The notes: generated by a model not told the origin, from the letters alone. Counted from the first letter of the stretch, positions 1 to 10,221 are shown. The stretch: 64,000 nucleotides of DNA from an uncultured Chloroflexia bacterium (GCA_963840385.1 CAWIYS010000009.1:313100-377099); one strand, 5' to 3'. Translations and numbers: made by a program.

Positions 1-797
1 GTAGTCGATATCGATGCCGGCGAAGTTGCCGGTCTTCACGGCGTCGGCGATGGATGCGACGTGCTTGGTGGTGAGGTCGGTCGATCGCAGGATCGTGTCG
101 ACGACGTTTGGAGTCCGGTGCGACGACGGACGGCACGACCTTGTACCCGGCGGGCGGCACGGCGGGCGGCTGGCCGCCGATCGCGCCCGTATCGCCCGGG
201 ACAAACACGATGGGATGCAGCGTCGTGATCGAGGCCTCGGCCTGTTTGTCGAGGTTGGTGCCGGCCGGCAGCGATCCGGCCACCTGCAGCGCGGCCTTGC
301 TCCGCCGCAGCACGACGACGTTGCCAGGCAGCGCGCCGACTTCGCCGCGGGCGGCGGCACCTCCGGACACCAGCTGTGCATCGCCGAGGCGCTGCCACTT
401 GCCGTCGACGTACGAGTAGAGCGCGAGGTTGTGCTGGTCGCTCTGCTTCTCCTTCAGCGGCACGGTGACGCGAGATGCGCCTCGCTGGTTCTCCGGCGCG
501 GCCAGGTCGAAGAGCGCGCTCACGGCGGTGAGTCCGGCGGGCAGCTTGGGAATCCCGCTTCGCACGGTCGACGTATATGTATCCGCGAGGCCGGGGCCAC
601 TGGGGATGTTCGAAGCGCCACCACCGCCGCCGCTGAGGATCGAGATCGGCGGCAGCACGAGGATCAGCAGGAGCAGACGCCAGGCCGATGATCGTACCGA
701 CGATGAAGATCGGCGCGCGATCGCGCTGGCCCGGCTCGTCGGAGGACGTGGCCTTGAGGATTCGGTCGAAGGGGCCGCGCTTTTCGTCGCTGGTCAT
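1..797 (-). CDS. Membrane-anchored protein with a probable GH18-like glycoside hydrolase domain (runs off left edge; frameshift near 680)
   Basis: ATG at 797 (MTSDEKRG), then a TM segment (IFIVGTIIGL...LLILVLPP after correcting an indel). The corrected frame reaches GNFAGIDIDY at the window edge, resembling the GH18 DxDxE motif. Confidence 0.55.
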
Positions 798-1036
798 GGG
801 CACATCGCAGAGCCGGCCAGCCGGCCGCGGCTGCTACCTCCAGGTGTCGCCAGAACATGGTCGCCGGAGCATTCCCGTCGCGCCGCGGGGGCGCGCCTGC
901 CGCATCGCCCCCGCCGGCGCGACCGCGGGCAGGGCCGGTCGCCGGAACCGAGGCATTCTAGCAGAGCCGCAACGGGATGGTGCGAGACCTGCCGATCATT
1001 TGTCACGGAATGGAAATGTATTTGGCGCGCACCCGC

Positions 1037-1066
1037 TTTACACGTTGCCGAGGACGCCGGTATACT
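1037..1066 (+). promoter_or_regulatory. sigma70-type promoter for greA
   Basis: TTTACA (1037-1042), 18-bp spacer, TATACT (1061-1066) in an AT-richer intergenic patch. Confidence 0.6.
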
Positions 1067-1080
1067 CGGGGCCACATCGG

Positions 1081-1112
1081 ACTGGGGCTTGCGGCGCCTC
1101 AGTTCTTTTTTT
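1081..1112 (+). terminator. Intrinsic terminator inside the greA leader (attenuator-like)
   Basis: ACTGGGGC/GCCTCAGT stem followed by TCTTTTTTT, located between the promoter and the greA start at 1180. Confidence 0.65.
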
Positions 1113-1179
1113 CACAAGTGGATCGCGCTCCGTACCGCCCTCCATCGCAATCGAGCGCACCGCCGCGCCGGGAGGAACC

Positions 1180-1659
1180 ATGGTCGAGAAGACCCAGCCC
1201 ATCACGAAGGAAGGACTCGCCCGGATCGAGGAGGAGCTGAACTACCTCGAGACGGAGCGCCGCCGCGAGGTCGCCGCGCGCATCCACCAGGCGAAGGAAC
1301 TCGCGAGCACCCAGAACAACGCGGACTACGAGGACGCCAAGAACGAACAGGCGATGGTCGAAGGCCGCATTCAGACTCTGCAGGCGCTCATCCAGCACGC
1401 CGAGATCATCGACGAGGCGGGCGCGCACAAGTCGAAGCGCGTGATCCTCGGTAGCACCGTGCGGGTGAAGGTGAGCGACGGCGACGGCAAGGCGCAGGAG
1501 TTCACCATCGTCGGCCCGGCCGAGGCGGACCCGCGCGAAGGCAAAATCAGCAACGAGTCGCCGGTCGGCCGCGCGCTCATCGGCAAGAAGATCAATGACG
1601 AGGTGCAGGTGAGCGTGCCGAAGGGCATCCTCACGATGAAGATCATCAAGATCAGCTAG
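1180..1659 (+). CDS. greA: Transcription elongation factor GreA
   Basis: GGAGG RBS; NNADYEDAKNEQ and ADPREGKISNESPVGRALIG motifs; 159 aa. Confidence 0.95.
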   Translation: MVEKTQPITKEGLARIEEELNYLETERRREVAARIHQAKELASTQNNADYEDAKNEQAMVEGRIQTLQALIQHAEIIDEAGAHKSKRVILGSTVRVKVSDGDGKAQEFTIVGPAEADPREGKISNESPVGRALIGKKINDEVQVSVPKGILTMKIIKIS

Positions 1660-1688
1660 CAGCGGTCGCGGACGACAGTCCAGACACC

Positions 1689-1714
1689 GTGGCGCGGGCT
1701 TTCAGCCCGCGCCA
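1689..1714. repeat. REP-like hairpin, family A (GTRG-CGCGGGCT-loop-AGCCCGCG)
   Basis: GTGGCGCGGGCTTTCAGCCCGCGCCA; related copies at 13241, 23259, 23444, 32325 and 54413. Confidence 0.75.
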
Positions 1715-1820
1715 TGCTGTTATCGGAGGGTTGCGCCGCCAGACTCGGACGAGCTGAGGCACGTCCCACACGACTGTCGAGCTGATTGCCGCGCCTCGCC
1801 GCCCATGATACGTTCGCCGC

Positions 1821-2853
1821 ATGACGAAGCCGTTCGTCTCGGTACTCGTCCCCGTGCGCAACGAGGCGCGCTACATCGAGCGCTGCCTGCGGAGCCTCGC
1901 CGAGCAGGATTACCCGCGCGACCGGTTCGAGGTGCTCGTCATCGACGGCCGCTCCGACGACGCGACGCGCGAACTCGTGTCGCACTTCGCCGCCGAATCG
2001 ACGCTGGACGTTCGGCTGCTCGACAATCCGCGGCGGAAGACGGCCGCCGGCCTGAACCGCGGCCTCGACGAAGCGCGCGGCGAGGTCATCGTTCGCGTCG
2101 ACGGCCATGCGACCGTCGCGGAGGACTACCTGAGCCGAGGCGTCTTCGCGCTGTTCGATACGGGCGCCGACTGCGTCGGCGGAGTCATCGAAGCTGTGGG
2201 CGACACCCGTATGGGTCAGGCGATTGCGATCGCGATGTCGTCGCGCTTCGGCGTCGGCGGCGTGGCGTTTCGCGTCGGCGGCGAGGGGCCGGTCGAAACC
2301 GTGGCGTTCGGCGCATACCGCCGCGACGTCTTCGACCGCATCGGCCGCTTCACGGAGGACATCGACAAGGGCGAGGACGACGAGTTCAACTATCGGCTGT
2401 GCGACGCGGGCGGCCGCATCCTCCTCGTGCCCGAGATGCGTGCGCAGTACACGGTGCGCGGCAGCCTGCGCGGCCTCGCGCGGCAGTACTTCGGCTACGG
2501 GCGCGCGAAGCCGGCGGTGCTGGCCCGGCACCCGTCGCAGGCGCGCACACGACAGTTCGCGCCGGCCGCGCTGGTCGCTGGCGCTCGCCTCGGCCGGCGC
2601 GATGGCGCTCGCGGGACGGTCGGGGCTGCTGAAGTTGCTAGTCGCCACGTACGCCACGGCCGCTGTAGCCGCCTCGCTGGCCGCGGCGCCGCGGCACGGC
2701 GTGCGATATGTGCCGGTACTGCCGGCGGTATTCGCCTGCCTCCATGTGTCCAACGGACTCGGCTTCATCGCCGGGCTCGCGGATCTCGCCGGCCGCAGCA
2801 TCGGCGCCCTTGCAGACTCGAACGCGGACCGGGACAGCGAGCCGGTGCGGTAG
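1821..2853 (+). CDS. Glycosyltransferase family 2 (ExoA-like); frameshift near 2580
   Basis: VSVLVPVRNE, VIDGRSDD, RVDGH and EDDEFNYRL motifs; hydrophobic C-terminus continues in the ORF 2224-2853 frame. Confidence 0.9.
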
Positions 2854-2989
2854 CTTCGGATTCGCCCCGAAGCGTGGCGACAGGCGCGGCCGCCGCGGCC
2901 TTTCCATCGGCCCGTTACAGCGGCCTCGGCATGCTCGTGGCCGTGATACCATAACGGCGACACTGGCCCGGGCGCTTCGGAGGGCGAGC

Positions 2990-3334
2990 ATGCTCGTCGC
3001 AAGGATCGGGTACGTCCTGATCATCCTGGTGATCGCCACCGCCGTGGCCGCCGTCGCGATGGTGCTGCGGCCTGATGACGCCACACATCCGCCGATGCTG
3101 GAGTTCCAGGACGTGGTCAACTACAGCCATTTCGGCGTCATCGACCGAATCGACGTTCGAGGTCAGACACTGACGGTACATTTCCGGGACAGCTTCGACA
3201 CGGCCGAGCGCTTCGGCACCGGCACACACACGTTCGAGGCGCCGGTGCCGTCCGGTCAAGACATCATGTCGGCGCTCCAGGCGGCCGGGATTGAAGTGAA
3301 CAAGACGGGCGGCCTCCAGGTCTCCAGCCATTGA
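2990..3334 (+). CDS. Small single-TM membrane protein resembling the FtsH extracellular N-terminal domain
   Basis: MLVARIGYVLIILVIATAVAAVAMVL TM, then LEFQDVVNYSHFGVIDRIDVRGQTLTVHF; stop overlaps the next start. Confidence 0.55.
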   Translation: MLVARIGYVLIILVIATAVAAVAMVLRPDDATHPPMLEFQDVVNYSHFGVIDRIDVRGQTLTVHFRDSFDTAERFGTGTHTFEAPVPSGQDIMSALQAAGIEVNKTGGLQVSSH

Positions 3335-4497
3335 ACGAGCACGAAGCCTTCCTCCCCTACAACCTCCCCGACATCTCGGAAGCCGAGATTGACGCCGTCG
3401 TCGATACGCTTCGGTCGGGCTGGCTGGCGCCGGGGCCGCGCGTGCGGGCATTCGAGCAGGAGTTCGCGGCGTACACCGGCGCGAAACACGCCATCGGCCT
3501 CGACTCCGCGACGGCCGGCATGCACCTGGCGCTTATCGCGAGCGGCATCGGCCCCGGCGACGAGGTGATCACGACGCCGACGACGTTCGCTGCCACGGTC
3601 AACGTCATCATCCATGCCGGCGCGACGCCGGTGCTCGCGGACATCCGGCTCGACGACTATTGCATCGACCCGGCGGCGATCGAGCGGGCGATCACGCCGC
3701 GCACGCGGGCGATCATGCCGGTGCACCACGGCGGCTCGGCGTGCCGGATGGACGAGATCATGGCCATCGCCGCTCGCCACAAACTCCTGGTGATCGAGGA
3801 CGCGGCGCACGGGCTCGGTACCTACGTTGGTGAGCGGCCGGTCGGCGGCATCGGCGACGCGACAGTGTTCAGCTTCTACCCGACGAAGAACGTGACGAGC
3901 GGCCGCGGAGGGATGTTGACGACGGACGACGACGCGCTCGCCGAGCGCTGCCGGCTGCTGGCGCTGCACGGCATGAGCAACGACGCATGGGACCGATATA
4001 CCGAGCGCGGCAGCTGGGCATACCGCGTGCTCGCCGCCGGCTACAACTACGCGATGTATGACTACCAGGCCGCGCTCGGCCACGCGCAGTTCTCCCGCCT
4101 CGACGAGTTCCAGCGCACACGCACGCAGCTGGCCTCGCGGTTCAACGAGCAACTGGCCGCGGTGCCCGGCATCGTGCTGCCCATCGAGCGGGCGGGCACG
4201 ACGCACGCCTGGCACCTGTACGTTGTGCGACTGCAGCCGGAGGTGCTAACAATCTCACGCGACGAGTTCATCGTCGCGATGAAGGAACGCGGGATCGGCA
4301 CCTCGGTGCATTTCATCCCGATCCACCATCATCCGTATTATCGGGAGACCTACGGCTGGGCACCGGGAGACTTCCCGGTCGCCGACGAGGCGTTTGAGAC
4401 GATGCTGTCGCTGCCGCTCTACACGCGCATGTCGGAACGCGAAGTCGACCGCGTCGTCGTGGCGGTCGACGAGATCGCGCGAGAGCACCGGAACTGA
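3331..4497 (+). CDS. DegT/DnrJ/EryC1/StrS PLP-dependent sugar aminotransferase
   Basis: SGWLAPGPRV, IEDAAH, FSFYPTKNVT (Schiff-base Lys) and GYNY motifs. Confidence 0.95.
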   Translation: MNEHEAFLPYNLPDISEAEIDAVVDTLRSGWLAPGPRVRAFEQEFAAYTGAKHAIGLDSATAGMHLALIASGIGPGDEVITTPTTFAATVNVIIHAGATPVLADIRLDDYCIDPAAIERAITPRTRAIMPVHHGGSACRMDEIMAIAARHKLLVIEDAAHGLGTYVGERPVGGIGDATVFSFYPTKNVTSGRGGMLTTDDDALAERCRLLALHGMSNDAWDRYTERGSWAYRVLAAGYNYAMYDYQAALGHAQFSRLDEFQRTRTQLASRFNEQLAAVPGIVLPIERAGTTHAWHLYVVRLQPEVLTISRDEFIVAMKERGIGTSVHFIPIHHHPYYRETYGWAPGDFPVADEAFETMLSLPLYTRMSEREVDRVVVAVDEIAREHRN

Positions 4498-4502
4498 AAG
4501 CG

Positions 4503-5094
4503 ATGCTGGTGAAGATCTTCGACGCCGTGGTCGCCATCCTGGGGCTCATCCTGTTTCTCGTGACGTACCCGATCATCGCCATCGCGATCCGGCTCGATTC
4601 GCCGGGGCCGGTGATCTACTCGCAGAAGCGCGTGGGGCTGCGCGGGCGCGTGTTCACGTTCTACAAGTACCGGTCGATGTCGCACGAGGGACACAAGCCG
4701 TACGAGACGCCGAAGCTCGACCACCACCACTTCAAGACGTTCGTCTTCGTGACGCCGACATCGCGCCTGACGCGCGTCGGCCGTTTCTTGCGCGCGACGA
4801 GCCTGGACGAGCTGCCCAACTTCTGGAACGTGCTGAAGGGCGACATGCGGCTCGTCGGCCCGCGACCCGAGATCCCGGAGCTGGTGCATCAGTACCCGCC
4901 GGAGTACCACCGCCGGCATGACGTGAAGCCCGGCATCACCGGACTGGCGCAGGTCGAGCGGCCGCGCGGATTTGACGTACGAAGAAACGATGACCTACGA
5001 TCTCGATTACGTAAACAATCACTCGCTGGCACGCGATCTCGCTATCCTGTGGCGGACGTTGCCGGCCGTGATCACGCGAAAGGGCGCACGGTAG
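4503..5094 (+). CDS. Bacterial sugar transferase (initiating phosphoglycosyl transferase, PglC/WcaJ-type); frameshift near 4957
   Basis: DSPGPVIYSQKRVG, FYKYRSM, SLDELPNFWNVLKGDM, VGPRP, KPGITGLAQV; corrected tail DLDYVNNHSLARDLAILWRT. Confidence 0.9.
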
Positions 5095-5173
5095 CGCCCC
5101 GCAGGGAGGCGTCGTCACGAGCATTCAGCCGAAGGACAGGCTGCCAGCCCCATTGCGAGGTGCCCGGCAGTTG

Positions 5174-7090
5174 ATGAACAGGGGTCTCCCGCCGAGCCTC
5201 CGCGATCTCCTTCGGCTCGTGCCGGTGCTGGTGCTCGATGCGGCGATCGTCCTCGCTGCCTACGCGGCAGCGCTGGCGCTGCGGTTCGACGGCGACGTGC
5301 CCGGCGAGTCCATCCGCTTCTTCGCCGCCGTGTCGTGGTTCATCGCGCTGGCGTACCTCACCGGCAACTTCTTCTTTCGCATCTACCGCACGTCGTGGAA
5401 ATACGCGGGCATCGTCGATGCGCTCAACATCGCGCTGTCCATCGGCGTCGTTTCCATGATCCTGTTCGCGATCAATGCCTTCCTCAGCCCGCGCCACATC
5501 CCGCTGACCGTCAACGTCGTTGCGCCGGCGCTGATGCTGATCGTGATGGGCGGCATCAAGTTCTGGCCGCGGCTCTGGGCGTCGCGCAACCCGTTCGGCG
5601 GCTACGACGCGGGCGTGAAGAACGTACTCATCGTCGGCGCGGGGCACACGGGGCAGCTACTCGCGCGCGAATTCCTGCAGAATCCACGCTGGCAGTACCG
5701 GCCGATCGGATTTGTCGACGACGACCGCCGGCTGCGCGGCGTGCGCATCCATTCGGTGACGGTGCTCGGCGACCGGATGGACATCCCGGAGATCTGCGCG
5801 ACGAAGCAGGTCGACCTCGTCGCCCTCGCCATCCCGTCGGCCGGCGGCGCCGTCATGCGCGAGGTCGTTGGCATCGTCCAGTCGACCCACGTGCCGCTGC
5901 GCACGGTACCCGGCCTGCGCGATCTCGTCCGCAGCGAGTCCGAGGCCGCGCAACTGCGCGAGGTCACCGTAGACGACCTGCTCGGCCGCGAACAGGTTGA
6001 GATCGACGCCGAGATGTGCGCTGCGACGATACGCGGCAAGTCGGTGCTGATCACCGGCGCGGCGGGATACATCGCCGCCGAGCTGGCGCGACAGGTGTTC
6101 GCGTTCGAACCCGCCCGGCTCCACCTTGTCGACGTCAACGAGACGGGCCTCTACGACCTCGAGCGCGACCTCGAGGCCGACGAGGGCGAATCGCGCGTCA
6201 GCATCTGGCTCTGCGACGTGACCGATCCGCTGCAGGTCGACGAAGTGTTCCGGCAGACGCGGCCCGACGTCGTCTTCCACGCGGCGGCCTACAAGCACAT
6301 CCCGGTCATGGAGGACCACCCGGACGCGGCGTTCCGCACGAACGTCGTCGGCACGCTCAACGTCTGCACCGCCGCAAGCGACCACGGCGCCGAGCGTCTG
6401 GTGTTCGTTTCGACGGACAAGGCGGTCAACCCGGACAATGTCTACGGCGCGACGAAGCGGATCGGCGAACTCCTCGTCGGCGCCATCGGAACCGAGAGCA
6501 AGACGACGTTCGCGGCCGTGCGCTTCGGCAACGTCATGGGCAGCCGCGGCAGCGTGGTGCCGCTGTTCCTGCGCCAGATCGAGCGCGGCGGCCCCGTGCT
6601 GCTCACCGATCCGGAGACGACGCGCTACTTCATGTCGGCCGAAGAGGCGGCGAGTCTCGTGATCCAGGCAGCCTCGTTCGCGAAACAGAGCCAGGTCTTC
6701 ATCCTCGACATGGGCGAGAAGGTGCGCATTGCCGACCTCGCCGAGAAGATGATCCGCCTCAAGGGCCACGAGCCCGGGCGCGACATCCAGATCGTCTACA
6801 CCGGCATGCGCCCCGGCGAGAAGCTGCACGAAGAACTCGTCGGCACGTCCGAGAAGCTCCTCAACACGCACCACCCGAAGATCTTCCTTACGCAGGGCCG
6901 GCCGATCGTCACGCGCGACGAGCTCGTGGCGAAGATCGGCGAACTGGCGAACGTACCACCGCGCAACCGTGAGGCGATCGCCGCGCGGCTGCACGCGCTC
7001 GCCCGCATCGACCTCCGCGACACCGGCGGCGACGACGCGCACAACGCGAACGCGCCGGTCGATGAACTCCGCCGCGGCTCCGAGAGCTGA
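5174..7090 (+). CDS. Nucleoside-diphosphate sugar 4,6-dehydratase (CapD/PglF/WbpM family)
   Basis: Four N-terminal TM helices; VLITGAAGYI, VFHAAAYKH, STDKAVNP, VRFGNVMGSRGSV and GMRPGEKLHEEL. Confidence 0.95.
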   Translation: MNRGLPPSLRDLLRLVPVLVLDAAIVLAAYAAALALRFDGDVPGESIRFFAAVSWFIALAYLTGNFFFRIYRTSWKYAGIVDALNIALSIGVVSMILFAINAFLSPRHIPLTVNVVAPALMLIVMGGIKFWPRLWASRNPFGGYDAGVKNVLIVGAGHTGQLLAREFLQNPRWQYRPIGFVDDDRRLRGVRIHSVTVLGDRMDIPEICATKQVDLVALAIPSAGGAVMREVVGIVQSTHVPLRTVPGLRDLVRSESEAAQLREVTVDDLLGREQVEIDAEMCAATIRGKSVLITGAAGYIAAELARQVFAFEPARLHLVDVNETGLYDLERDLEADEGESRVSIWLCDVTDPLQVDEVFRQTRPDVVFHAAAYKHIPVMEDHPDAAFRTNVVGTLNVCTAASDHGAERLVFVSTDKAVNPDNVYGATKRIGELLVGAIGTESKTTFAAVRFGNVMGSRGSVVPLFLRQIERGGPVLLTDPETTRYFMSAEEAASLVIQAASFAKQSQVFILDMGEKVRIADLAEKMIRLKGHEPGRDIQIVYTGMRPGEKLHEELVGTSEKLLNTHHPKIFLTQGRPIVTRDELVAKIGELANVPPRNREAIAARLHALARIDLRDTGGDDAHNANAPVDELRRGSES

Positions 7091-7099
7091 ATGAGCGGA

Positions 7100-7164
7100 G
7101 ACAACAGACAACAGATAACGGACGACAGACCCTTGGTCGACTCTCTGTTGTTTGTCGTCGATTC
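7100..7164. repeat. Degenerate heptamer-period intergenic hairpin
   Basis: GACAACA GACAACA GATAACG GACGACA ... TCTGTTG TTTGTCG; the two arms are roughly complementary. Confidence 0.7.
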
Positions 7165-7209
7165 GCGCCCCGGTGGCCGCGGCATTCGCCTCGGGCGAGA
7201 ATGCCCCCA

Positions 7210-8268
7210 ATGAAACTCTTGACCGTCGTCGGCGCGCGACCGCAGTTCATCAAGGCCGCCGCATTCTCGCGCGTCGCTCGACAGCGGCACACCGAGATCC
7301 TTGTGCACACGGGCCAGCACTACGACACGCAGCTGTCCGACATCTTCTTCGACGAGCTGGCGCTGCCCCGGCCCGACTATCACCTCGGCGTCGGCTCCGG
7401 CAGCCACGGCATGCAGACCGCGCAGATGTTGGAACGGATCGAGCCGGTTATCGCGAGCGAGAAGCCGGACCGCCTCGTCATCTACGGCGACACCAACAGC
7501 ACGCTCGCGGGCGCGCTCGCCGCTGCCAAGCTTTCTGTGCCGATCGCGCACGTCGAGGCAGGGCTGCGCAGCTACGTGCGCGAAATGCCGGAAGAAGTGA
7601 ACCGGATCGTCGCCGACCGGCTCTCGACCTACCTCTTCGCGCCGACGAGCACCGCCGTCGACAACCTCGCGCACGAGGGCATCGTCGCCGGCGTCACGCT
7701 GACGGGCGACATCATGTACGACGCGCTGCTCCAGCACGCACCAGTTGCGGCCGAGAAGTCGCGCATCCTCCCCGACCTCGGCCTCACGCCTGGCGGCTAC
7801 GTGCTCGCGACGGTGCATCGCGCGGCGAACACCGACGACCCCGCGCGTCTCGCCGACATCATCGACGCGCTGCAACTGCTGCACGAGCCGGTGATCCTGC
7901 CGATGCACCCGCGCACACGCGCCGCGCTCATGGGCACGGACATCGAGGTAGAGCCGCCGGTGCGGATCATCGAGCCGGTCGGCTACCTGGACATGCTGGC
8001 GCTGGAGCAGGCAGCGCGCATCGTCCTGACCGACTCAGGCGGCGTGCAGAAGGAGGCGTACCTGCTCGGCGTGCCGTGCGTCACGCTGCGCGAAGAGACC
8101 GAGTGGACCGAGACGCTGGAGGGCGGCTGGAACGTGCTCGCCGGCTCGGACACGGAACGTATACTGGCGGCGGCGCGGCGGCCCCGGCCTGAAGGCGTAC
8201 CGGCGCCCGTCTTCGGCAACGGCCACGCCGCGGAGCTGATGGTGGAAGCGCTGGAGCGGAGCGAGTAA
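7210..8268 (+). CDS. wecB: UDP-N-acetylglucosamine 2-epimerase (non-hydrolysing; WecB/WbpI family)
   Basis: VVGARPQFIK, HTGQHYD, GDTNSTLAG, HVEAGLRS and DSGGVQKEA. Confidence 0.9.
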   Translation: MKLLTVVGARPQFIKAAAFSRVARQRHTEILVHTGQHYDTQLSDIFFDELALPRPDYHLGVGSGSHGMQTAQMLERIEPVIASEKPDRLVIYGDTNSTLAGALAAAKLSVPIAHVEAGLRSYVREMPEEVNRIVADRLSTYLFAPTSTAVDNLAHEGIVAGVTLTGDIMYDALLQHAPVAAEKSRILPDLGLTPGGYVLATVHRAANTDDPARLADIIDALQLLHEPVILPMHPRTRAALMGTDIEVEPPVRIIEPVGYLDMLALEQAARIVLTDSGGVQKEAYLLGVPCVTLREETEWTETLEGGWNVLAGSDTERILAAARRPRPEGVPAPVFGNGHAAELMVEALERSE

Positions 8269-8315
8269 GGCGTCTCGTCGCACTTGGAGTAGCTGATCCC
8301 TTGATCTTCTCGACG

Positions 8316-8392
8316 GACAACAACAGACAACAAACAACAGGCGACAGATCATTGGCCGAAGTTCTGTTCTCTGTTGTCTGCTCTCTGCTCTG
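8316..8392. repeat. Degenerate heptamer-period intergenic hairpin
   Basis: GACAACA AACAACA GGCGACA ... TCTGTTC TCTGTTG TCTGCTC TCTGCTC. Confidence 0.7.
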
Positions 8393-8416
8393 CGCCGAGC
8401 GAAGCGAGGCGCCCTG

Positions 8417-8998
8417 ATGCCGCCGACGATTCACCCGACAGCCGACGTCTCGCCCGATGCGCGCATCGGCGACGGCACGCGCGTCTGGCACGAGGCGCAG
8501 GTGCGCGAAGGCGCGAGCATCGGCCGAGACTGCATTCTGGGCAAGGGCGTGTACGTCGATGCCGGCGTCGTCATTGGCGACCGCTGCAAGATCGAGAACC
8601 GCGCGTCGCTCTTCCACGGCCTCGTCGTCGAAGACGGCGTCTTCATCGGCCCGCACGCCGTGTTCGCGAACGATCGCTTCCCTCGTGCCGTGAACCCTGA
8701 CGGCAGCCTGAAGACCGGCGCCGACTGGACCGAGGAGCCGGTGCTCGTCCGCCAGGGCGCGTCGATCGGCGCGGGCGCCGTCGTCCTGCCCGGCGTGACC
8801 ATCGGCGCGTGGTCGATGGTGGGCGCGGGCGCCGTTGTCGCGTCGGATGTGCCGCCGCACGCCATCGTGAAAGGCAACCCGGCGCGCATTGCCGGCTGGG
8901 CGTGCACGTGTGGCCGGCCGCTGCGGATCTCCGAGGAGCGCGAGTGGCACTGCGAGCGCTGCGGCCGCTCGTTCCACGTCGGGGAGTTCGGCGAGTGA
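8417..8998 (+). CDS. Hexapeptide-repeat N-acetyltransferase (WbpD/WlbB-like) with C-terminal Cys cluster
   Basis: IHPTADVSPDARIGDGTRVWH, FANDRFPRA, ASIGAGA, VKGNPARIAGWACTCG...CERCG. Confidence 0.9.
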   Translation: MPPTIHPTADVSPDARIGDGTRVWHEAQVREGASIGRDCILGKGVYVDAGVVIGDRCKIENRASLFHGLVVEDGVFIGPHAVFANDRFPRAVNPDGSLKTGADWTEEPVLVRQGASIGAGAVVLPGVTIGAWSMVGAGAVVASDVPPHAIVKGNPARIAGWACTCGRPLRISEEREWHCERCGRSFHVGEFGE

Positions 8999-9056
8999 GC
9001 CGGGCGACAACAGATGACAGACAACAGACAACACACCGTGCGCGGCGCATGGCGCG

Positions 9057-10175
9057 ATGACGGCCATGACTCCGATTCGCATCCGTATCGCCCAGCCGAT
9101 CATCGAAGACGAAGAGAAGCGCGCGGTCATCGATGCGCTGGAATCGGGCCAGTTGTCACAGGGCCCGCGCGTCGCAGCGTTCGAGGAAGCGTTCGCGCGG
9201 TACACCGGCGCGCGGCACGCCGTCGCGTTGAATAGCGGCACGGCGGCGCTGCACCTCGCGCTGCTCGCGCACGGCATCGGACCCGGCGACGAGGTCATCG
9301 TGCCGGCGTTCAGCTTCGCCGCCACGGCGACAACCGTCCTTCATGCTGGTGCCCGTCCGGTATTCGTCGACGTCCGCGAGGACGACTTTGGCATCGATCC
9401 TGTGCTCATCGAGACGGCCATCACGCCGCTCACGCGCGCCATCGTCGCTGTGCACCTGTACGGCCAGGCGTGCGATGTCGAGGCCGTGCGGGCGTTGTGC
9501 GCGCGGCGAGAACTGGCGCTCATCGAGGATGCGGCACAGGCCGTCGGCGCGGAGAGCAGCGGGAGGCGATGCGGCAGCTTCGGCACCGGGGCGTTCTCGT
9601 TCTATGCCACGAAGAACCTGCAGACGGGCGAGGGCGGCATGCTCACGACGGACGATGACGCGCTCGCCGACCGCGCGCGCGGGCTCCGATCCCAGGGCGA
9701 GCGTATTCGTTATGTCACTGAGGAGGCAGGCTACAACTACCGCATGACCGAGGTGGCGGCGGCGCTCGGACACACGCAGCTGCCGAAGCTCGACGCGCGC
9801 AACGAGGCGCGCCGCGCGAACGCCGCGCGGCTCAGCGAACTGCTGTCGGGCGTCGATGGCATTGTCACGCCGCGCGAGTTACCAGGCCGGCGGCACGTCT
9901 GGCACCAGTACACCATTCGCGTCAGCGCAGGCCGCGAGGTGCGCGACCGGCTGCAGGCGTCGCTACGCGCGGTCGGCATCGAGTCCGCCGTGTTCTACCC
10001 GACGCCGATCCACCGGCAACCGCTGTACGAGCGCCTCGGCTACGCGAGCGCGCACCTGCCCGTCGCCGAGCGGCTGGCCGGCGAGGTGCTGTCGCTGCCC
10101 GTGCACCCGGCGCTCTCGACGGGCGACGTCGATGCCGTGGCGGAGGCCGTGGTCGACGCGATGCGCGACAGGTAG
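9057..10175 (+). CDS. DegT-family aminotransferase (WbpE/WlbC-like)
   Basis: SGQLSQGPRV, IEDAAQAVGA, FSFYATKNLQTGEGGM and GYNYRM. Confidence 0.93.
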   Translation: MTAMTPIRIRIAQPIIEDEEKRAVIDALESGQLSQGPRVAAFEEAFARYTGARHAVALNSGTAALHLALLAHGIGPGDEVIVPAFSFAATATTVLHAGARPVFVDVREDDFGIDPVLIETAITPLTRAIVAVHLYGQACDVEAVRALCARRELALIEDAAQAVGAESSGRRCGSFGTGAFSFYATKNLQTGEGGMLTTDDDALADRARGLRSQGERIRYVTEEAGYNYRMTEVAAALGHTQLPKLDARNEARRANAARLSELLSGVDGIVTPRELPGRRHVWHQYTIRVSAGREVRDRLQASLRAVGIESAVFYPTPIHRQPLYERLGYASAHLPVAERLAGEVLSLPVHPALSTGDVDAVAEAVVDAMRDR

Positions 10176-10221
10176 GCGGAGACAGGCGCGGGCCGAGATC
10201 CCCGGGCGTGCACGGGCCCCG

